Shown piece by piece: positions 36,635-43,983 of a DNA stretch of 43,983 bases (the first letter of the stretch is position 1; each line of letters begins with the position of its first letter). The notes under the pieces are model-generated. The model was not told the DNA's origin. It worked only from the letters and a program-made list of their open reading frames with translations, and did no database searches. The stretch comes from Vicugna vicugna (Eukaryota). The DNA is taken from positions 186,001-229,983 of the forward strand of contig MU058016.1 in the NCBI GenBank assembly GCA_013265495.1, read 5' to 3'. A program made the translations under genes and the position numbers.

Positions 36635-36854
36635 GTAAGGGGTTCTGTTATTCAGGAAGTAAACTGCCGCGTGTCCCTGCCTAGATGTTAGCCACTAGTA
36701 GAGGTCTCGAAAGCCACACTTAAAAACTCACAGTTACCTTCACTGCATCAGTAACCTATTTTTTTTGCACTGGAATAGGATTTCAGAGACCTGCCTTCTG
36801 GTCCTGTTTGCTTCTCCCCAGCTCTGTGAACTCCGTATCTCAGAGCTCTACCTG

Positions 36855-37010
36855 TACCAGAATAACCTAAAGGGAATTTTTTAAAGTACAGATTCCTGGT
36901 CTCAACCCAGAGCATCTGACCCTCCAGAGCCTCCCCTTGGGAATCTGTCCTCCTGAACAAGGTCCCTGGATGATGCTTAGATAACAATAAAGCCTGAAAA
37001 CTGACCGCCT
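36855..37010. mobile_element. MER5-like MITE remnant
   Basis: cagaataacctaaagggaattttttaaagtacagattcctgg...gggaatctg. Confidence 0.55.
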
Positions 37011-37671
37011 TAGACAAGTCACTTTACCTTTCCAGAGATCCACCGGGAGATCTAGGTTTTCAAAACTCCTTTGCCAGGTCAGACCTTGTAGAGACACCCC
37101 CAAGTTTGGAGGTGAGAAATCTGTCACAGGCTCCCACTGCGCCCAGCACAGCGGCCTCGCTGCTGAGCCCCAGGGGAGAGCAGCACAGGGCCATCAGTGG
37201 CACCAGTGGCTGCCAGCCTAGCAGATGATTCAGATAAGATGTTTCTGAAATGTCAGTAAAGGGGCTCTAGGCAGCCCAGTAAATAACGCTCCCGTGACTC
37301 CACCTGAGTTTGTTAAAAACGGATAGAGGCAGGAGCCCCAGAGAGGAAGACAAATCTTAGAGCTGCATCACTGATAAGGCCGTTAAAGTAGATGCGGTCA
37401 GGTCTGCAGCCAAGTGGGCCTGCTAGTCCTTCTCCAGGATTTAGGCAGACTCCCCCACCAGTTCTAGGCAGCACTGGGTGACCACAGGGTCACTTGTGGA
37501 CAAAAACCTCCCACTGCAAGGAGGAGAGACTGGAATACACCATTCCTGAGACAGGCAGGACCAAAGAGAGGAGAAGCAAAGGGGCTAAAATCAGTCTCAC
37601 CTCTGCTCCTAATTCCCCGTAGGGGAGGGAGGAGGAGCTAATTAGCCTCAGGCTGCCTCTGTCTCCTGCCT

Positions 37672-37825
37672 CCTGTGGTGCATTACCTTAGAATCACCTG
37701 GAGAGCTTTTAAATGCCAACAATTCCTGAGCTCCATCAGAGACCAACTGAATCAGAATGTGGGGAGGGGCAGAGTGGGATGACCCCAGTGACTTCTGTTA
37801 CACAGCATGGATGGAGAACCACCAT
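37672..37825. mobile_element. MER5-like MITE
   Basis: ttagaatcacctggagagcttttaaa...gaccaactgaatcagaat...gagaaccac. Confidence 0.75.
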
Positions 37826-38241
37826 TCTAGCTGAAGCCTGCCCAGGGAGAGACAGGAGGTTCGGGGGAATAACACATCTAACACCAGGAGCACATCCAGG
37901 GAGCTCAGGTTAAGCAGTATCTAAAAATGCCTGCCTTGGCTACACGTCTCTAAACACTAGACTAAAATCCCAAATCCTGAAGGTATTTTAGCAAGACCAC
38001 AGCCTTTCTTTTCTTTTCTCTTGTACCAGGTAGAGCTCCAGAAACTACAAATGAACAAGGCCAAACAAAGGAATTAACTCTTCCACTTGTGAACACAGTT
38101 TTTAGATACAAGGGAACTTGGTTTGAATTTTCGTGTTCAACATGGAAAAGTAGATTTGTTAAAAAAAAAATCATCTAAACTGAAAGACAAATCAACACAG
38201 GTTTTCTTTTCAGCAGTTTGACCCCATGATATCTTTTATAG

Positions 38242-38437
38242 GCTACGTCTGAAAATAAAATGGAAGAAAAATTACTGCAGCTTTCAAGCAAGTTAGAGAA
38301 TTTCATTAACACACGAAAACAGGAAGCAGAATTAAACAAAGTAAAGCATATAGAAAATAAACTATTCAAAAAGATGAACCAACTGGAAAAGCTCATCTGG
38401 GGTGAATTAGAGAAAATGCAGAATGAATATCAATCAG
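38242..38437 (+). CDS. FAM81B: FAM81B penultimate coding exon
   Basis: atcttttatAG|GCT...TCAG|GTGAGC. 196 nt (65 codons + 1). Reads ATSENKMEEKLLQLSSKLENFINTRKQEAELNKVKHIENKLFKKMNQLEKLIWGELEKMQNEYQS(G); overlaps ORF 38260..38511. Confidence 0.95.
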
Positions 38438-40035
38438 GTGAGCAGGTACCTTTGCTTAAGTCAAGAACAGTCATCCTTTTCTACCCAGTCCCTCAGGGTT
38501 TTCTACTTTGAGCTCATGGCCAGGAATCAGTCTCGTTATCAGTGACATCCTTTTGTATTTAATCTGAATTTCTTAAATATCCCATAGAATATCAGCATGT
38601 CACTGGTAGGTAGATAAATACGTAAAAATAGACTTTCTTCATTCACACTTGGCAATGTCACAAGCTTGCCATTGCTGTGAGCTTAAACTCTAAGATCACA
38701 GAATCATAGAAGCCTAAGTCAAATGCCCCGCATTGACTGCAAGTAATGAGCCTAGACAGATGTCAGACTGGAGACCTGACGTTTAGAAGTGAGAAAGAGA
38801 GATGAGTTAATGGAGTCCAGTATAATGACTGCTTTTCTTCTTAAGGAGGCTAGTGGTGGCAGAGTCAAGCTGAGCTAACTTCAAAGAGGATTGATTTGAA
38901 AGGCTCATCTAATTTGTCAGAGGGAAGGACATGGGACACGGGTTGTGGAGCAGCCATCTGCCTCGAGTCACAATTCTGAGGGAATTACCAGGAATCAGAA
39001 GGTTCCTTTATGAGAGAAAGCCCCAACTCATTTCCTTTCCTCTAGATGCCAGAAAAATTCATGTAAATTCTAACAAATTTTGGTCCATTATGGAGATGCC
39101 TTTGGAGATGTTCTGGGAAGACATTATGGTCTCATTCTGCCAGATGTTCCTGGCATAGAATACCTGACCCTCACCACTCCTGCCCTCCAACTCCCACCAC
39201 CAAATCAAAAGAATGAATTTTCTGGCCAGGAAGGATATCCCCAAATTAACTGGCCCTTCTTTTAGGGCCCTGCTTGCTACTTAGCTACCAGAGGTTTAAT
39301 TTAGTCATTCCATTAGTACCACCCCAGAATGAAATGAAGAGAAATTTGCAGTCTACATGTTTCTGCATTTTACGAAGTGGGAGTATAGCAAATGGGGACT
39401 CCAAACTAATGGTTTGCTCTTTTATGCCTTTAATAAAAATGGGTAGAGAAATGATTATGTGAAAGTCTCCAGTGAATAAGAAATGGGCTGTACCCTAAGA
39501 AGCTTGAGGTCTGGTAGGCTGTGGTTATGAGTTTGCTAGACTTGCGTAAGAAAGATGTAAATAGCTGAGGGCAGAGGTAGGGGTCGGGCACTGTCCGTGG
39601 CCATTCCTTGGGTCCCTCAGACAGGTGACGTTCAGAGGTTTAAAATCTCATCTGTGGCCCTTGCTTTCAATTTCGTAACAAGAATACAAGACCATCCAAA
39701 GTTTTTGTCAAAGTAAACAGAAATAAGGTATTTTAAATTTCTCTCTGGAAATACAGAATTATTTCATTATGCAATATTTTGGGGTGGAGGAGAGGAACTG
39801 AATTTTCACGATAAAGCCAGATGCAAGCTAAAACACTGTTGCTAATGCATCTTCATGACATACAAGAAATGGATTATCTTATATTTTTAGACTTGTCTTA
39901 ACAGAATTTAATGTGCTTTGAATTAAATAATGATCAGCTATGGCCAGACTGCTGATTAGCAACTTTTGTTAAAAAATTTAAAAGTTCCAATGCATTGTTC
40001 AGTTGCAGTACACCTATTCTCATATCCTCTTACAG

Positions 40036-40169
40036 GATTTGAATCGATTCATGACTCTCTCAGCTCCCTCCAGCGAATACAGAAAACAAAGATGGATTTA
40101 GAGAAATATAAAGTACAGAAAGACCTAAAGAAATTACAGCGTAAGATAGTGGAACTCCAGGAAGTGTAA
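40036..40169 (+). CDS. FAM81B: FAM81B last coding exon (to stop codon)
   Basis: cctcttacAG|GA TTT GAA...GTG TAA. Reads (G)FESIHDSLSSLQRIQKTKMDLEKYKVQKDLKKLQRKIVELQEV*, the recalled FAM81B C-terminus; overlaps ORF 39966..40169. Confidence 0.96.
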
Positions 40170-40310
40170 ACTTCCCATTCATCTCCTTTTTCACCAGCCA
40201 GTGGGGTGGTTTGTTGGGAAAGACGGGGAAAAGAAAGTTAATATCTCTGGGATGTTTACTGCTTCTATTTCTTACCACCTTTTTAAGGAGATAAATGTAC
40301 CAGAAAACCC

Positions 40311-40316
40311 AATAAA
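40311..40316 (+). terminator. Polyadenylation signal of FAM81B (short ~160-nt 3' UTR)
   Basis: First AATAAA after the stop codon, about 140 nt downstream, followed by T/GT-containing sequence (tttatgatgtcttc). Confidence 0.7.
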
Positions 40317-41498
40317 GCAAAGAAGCTTTATGATGTCTTCACTAATTTACTAATGAAAAACTTAAGGAATTTCTTTCCATATATGCCTTTTCATATTTTT
40401 ATTTGCCCACAGATCTACATATGGTACATAAATGAGTGAAGTAGGCCTGGTATAGTACATTAAAGAATGGTAGAAACTGTGGAAAATTGGAGACCACTTA
40501 ACTGTCTAAAAAGAATAGCCACTAGGCAGCCCCAGTTCATTATTAACATACATATAATCCATTATTGCCAAAAATTTTATTTTTCATAAGAAACCAGAAA
40601 TCTGGTTTTATATGAAACCACTTATAAGCATGAGCAACTAGTTCAATTGGTAGAGCTCATGTAAATGAGAGGCCCTGGAGTTCAAGAGCCATCATTTCAT
40701 AGTAAATCCACCTCTGCTTGGGGGACCAGTGGAGCACTGAGCTTCCCTCCTTTTGCCTTTATTTTGCAACAGATCAAAAAGGATGACAGAAATGAACAGT
40801 CCCCCTTGAGAAGTTCAGTATACAAGGCACTTTATTCTTTATCACACACCAACACTTAATTCTTTGGGAAATGTCAGACTTCTCTCCCCCCAGATACAGG
40901 AGAAGGTGTGAGCATCACAGAGTCTGCATTCCAGATTCACTTGCAGACTTGAGGCACATGTTAAAATGTCTCAGAGAGTCCTCACTTTAGGCACAAACAC
41001 CATCTAAGTAGGCGTGGCTAGCCCTAGGGTTTCACTGACACCCAACATTTCTTGCCTTTGCCTTCCTTAGCCAAACCTGCCCACCTGCCCTCATACGAAA
41101 TTATTTACACTGAGGACTAAATGGTAATGTTCAAAATATTCTGTTTCCCTACTGAAGATGAAGGACAAATCCCCCACATAACTGCCTTCTGAGCCTCACT
41201 GTAAGGTGGATACACTCACCACCTGATAGCCGGACAGCAGTAAGGCTCAAGGTCAAAGAAATAGCATCCCCAGAGTGCTCTGGACACCATGAGCCCTCTC
41301 TTTCTGCAGAAACTTACCAAACATCTTCTCACTTTTATGGTGTCACCGACAGTATCAGCAAGTAGCACTCAAAAACACCAAGAAGGAAAAACTTGATCTG
41401 TAATACATATGCAAACACACATACATATTCATGTTTTTACCTTATAAGTAGGGTCTCCAAACTTTTGTAAGTTATTCATATTTTCACAGCCTTTGTTC

Positions 41499-41898
41499 TG
41501 TCAGCCGAGGGAGGCTGGAGAGGGATTCGATGAGGTGAGCTGCCCAACTGGAAAAAATGCGTGAGGAGCCGACATAATGCGCAAGGAGCCGACACGGAGT
41601 GAAACAGAACTTTATTCTAGTTCAAGCGGGTGGCTCCTGTGGCAAGAGGCAGTGGCGAGGCTTTCTTTCAGTTCAACAAGATGGCGCGCCGCCCGCGTGG
41701 AACGCTCGTCCTTTGTTTATTCTGCCCGCACATGCGTATTGTTCATAATGATGACGCATGCGATTCGCGCATGCGTATTATTCATGTTTACATAATGCTA
41801 CCAGCGCATGCGTACATTTACTTCTTACCTCAGACACAGGCAAGTTATTGTGACCTATGACCTGGGTCCCACGGCCTACTCACTTAAGGCTGCCGACA
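41499..41898 (-). mobile_element. Young ERV solo LTR (400 bp, class I/ERV1-type 4-bp TSD)
   Basis: Termini TGTCAGCC... / ...GCTGCCGACA (imperfect inverted TGTCRGC). Perfect TSD GTTC at 41495-41498 and 41899-41902. Minus-strand AATAAA at 41611-41616 (poly(A) signal) and 41716-41721 (TATA position). About 27 CpGs by manual count. Confidence 0.85.
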
Positions 41899-41902
41899 GT
41901 TC

Positions 41903-42830
41903 ATTCATGTGCTGGGCACTGGGGATACAATATTAAACACGGACCCTGCCCTCAGGGAACTTACAGTCCAGTGGAAAAGGCCAACAATCAAATTTGCAAA
42001 TACCTGAGCAAGTAAAGGGTCTAATGGGAGCACCTGGGAGAGGCATTTAGCAAAAACATGGGGAATCAGGCGCAGGGGTCTTCAAGAAGAAGGAATATCT
42101 AAACTGAGATCTCTAAAGCATAAACAGAAGTTAGCCAAGGGAAAGGGGCCTGATTGGTAAGAGGTGGGGGCTCAGGCAGGTGGTGCAGCCTAACCAAAGG
42201 CCTGGAGGCCAAAAGAATGGGACCCATGCCGGAACCGAAGAGGTTCAAAATGGTCAGAACCTAGAGTGTGTGTGGTGGGAGGTAGGGGAGAAGGACTGGA
42301 GGAGGGGAGCAGGAAAGAGGAAACTGGAGAAGTTAGGGGAGTGGGGTGTCTGATCACAAGGGCCTTATAACTCATGTTGAGGGACTTGGGCCCTGTCTCA
42401 GGGCCAGAATAGCCTTTAAAGGATTTCAAATAGGAGAGTGACATTATCAGTTTTGTGTTTTAGAGAAACCCCTCTGGCTGTAGTATGGACAAGAGGTTAC
42501 AGACACAGTGGGAGAAACAAACTTGGGTGGGAAAGGAGGGAGATAATGCAGGAGAGGGAGAATGATGAGCTCAGTTTTAAACTAATTTATTTGGAGATAC
42601 TGAGGGGATGTCCAAGTGGAGGGATCCAGTGGTTAGTGAGGGATAAGGACCTGGAGTGTGAGAGACAGATTTGAACTGAGGATTTAGCACAGAAATGGTT
42701 ACTGGAGTTATGAGTGAGGAAGGAAGAGATTGCCTAGGCTTGGGAGGGGTGGTGTGGGAGACATGATGATTACAGTGAGAAACAGAGACCAGAAAAGAAC
42801 TAGAGGACACCTGACACTGAAGGAACAGGC
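41903..42830 (-). mobile_element. L2 LINE fragment
   Basis: atgtgctgggcactggggataca...ccctgccctcagggaacttacagtccagtgg...ttttagagaaacccctctggctgtagtatggac. Confidence 0.8.
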
Positions 42831-43484
42831 AGCAGAGGAGCCTCGAAGTCCCTAGGTGAGTACACAGAGACAGCAGTGAAGCAGGAGAGGAGGGATCATA
42901 GTTGGAGAGTTTGTCTTCCCTGGGAGTTCCTGCCAGCAGATGGTGTCAACATATCAAGCTAGAGTTCAACAAATCTCTGCCTGTTGAAGAAGACTCTGTC
43001 CTACAATGTAAACTCAAAATTTGGGTGTATTACATAACTCAAGGAGGAAGGTTAGAAATGCTTTCAGATTGCCCTTCATACTGTGAAATAAAATGTGCTG
43101 CATCTTCTCAGAGAAGTGGTGAGCCCTCCCAGAGAGAGGCAGGATTATTGCCAGGAAAAATATGAGGCTGTTTTGGCCCCTAGCCAGCTTGGCATTTCCC
43201 TCTTCAGGAAATTCAAGTCACATACATTTGTGATAAAGGTTTGCTGCTTCAGATCTTCCCTTTAATATACAGTCATGAAATTTTCCAGCTCCACAGACCA
43301 AACTTCCATAAGCCCATGTTCCTTGGTAAAGTTTTCCCACTTCATTTTCAGAAGATATTTGCACATGTGATGTGAGTGAAAAATGATTGATGTGCTCAGC
43401 AGTTCATAAACCAGGACCTCTTTTATAACCCTCAAAGACAAACGGAGAACACAGAAAAATAATCCAAACTTCTATGCTGAGAAG

Positions 43485-43835
43485 CCTTGAGGTCTGACAG
43501 ACCTGAGTTAGAACCAGTGCCACCAATTATTATCTGTGTGACTTCGGATGTGTTTTCTAACTTTGGAGTCGTAATTCACTCATCTTAAAATGGGAATAAA
43601 AATATCTACCTTGTACGTTATTAGAAGAATTAGAAAAACATTTATTGAGCTATTACCAGATATCAGAGACTGCTCTAAGCACTCTACCTGAATTACTCAT
43701 TTAATCCTCCAAACAGACACCGATTACTGAGGCACAGACTTAGGTAATTTACATAAGGTTACACAGCTAGCATGAAGTGGAGCTAGGATTTGAACTCATC
43801 AGTCCAGAGAATTTGCTCTTAAACATTCTGCTGTA
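43485..43835. mobile_element. Two MIR copies in tail-to-tail orientation (+ about 43485-43640, - about 43640-43835)
   Basis: tgtgtgacttcgg...ctcatcttaaaatgggaataa on +, then tttaatcctc...actgaggcacaga...aggttacacagctag...ggatttgaactc on -. Confidence 0.7.
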
Positions 43836-43983
43836 TTGTTTCTCAAAATATATGTAGACCATCTAATGCAGTGTCTGGTACATCGTAGGTATTGCACTTG
43901 ATAAATGGTACTGATTAATAATAATAAACAGAGATTTTGATCTTTATGTAAAAAAACAAGTTCCATGGTACTCTTCCCCCCCC

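Noticed and set aside
40158..40169. C-terminal -QEV as a PDZ-binding motif
   Set aside because: Position -2 is Q, which fits none of the canonical PDZ ligand classes.
41577..41860. ORFs 41577..41795 and 41630..41860 as small genes, or the GC-rich patch as a host CpG-island promoter
   Set aside because: Both lie wholly inside the TSD-bounded LTR. Stop-codon scarcity follows from composition, and the peptides resemble nothing I recognise.
43485..43835. Inverted MIR pair as a dsRNA/miRNA hairpin
   Set aside because: The copies are old and highly diverged from each other and lie outside the predicted FAM81B transcript.
42900..43983. 3' end of the neighbouring gene (TTC37/SKIC3 in human synteny)
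   Set aside because: No recognisable coding exon on the minus strand within the window.

Overview
Mammalian (eukaryotic, AT-rich, CpG-depleted) genomic DNA, very probably a camelid, judged from a Vic-1-like tRNA-derived SINE at 29121-29251. The window holds the last seven coding exons of FAM81B on the + strand: 9281-9524, 14707-14825, 20585-20714, 28697-28803, 36499-36634, 38242-38437 and 40036-40169. All are bounded by AG/GT and join in phase into an uninterrupted 354-codon coiled-coil C-terminal ORF ending ...KIVELQEV*, with AATAAA at 40311. The 5' exons were not found and are presumably upstream of the window. Most of the rest is ancient transposon debris (L1, L2, MIR, MaLR LTRs, hAT/Tc2 MITEs), and nearly all entries in the ORF track are spurious. 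The most notable non-coding items are four. (1) A young, CpG-rich 400-bp solo LTR with a 4-bp TSD and NRF1/YY1-type motifs, 1.2 kb past the FAM81B poly(A) signal and pointing antisense. (2) A tailless 5'-half tRNA-Gly(TCC) retrocopy with a target-site duplication. (3) A tandemly duplicated SINE-tail micro-insertion. (4) An L1 whose 5' UTR is fused directly to its 3' end. I found no prokaryotic-type system (no CRISPR, no operon). Repeat family names are from recalled consensus sequences and need RepeatMasker/Dfam confirmation.
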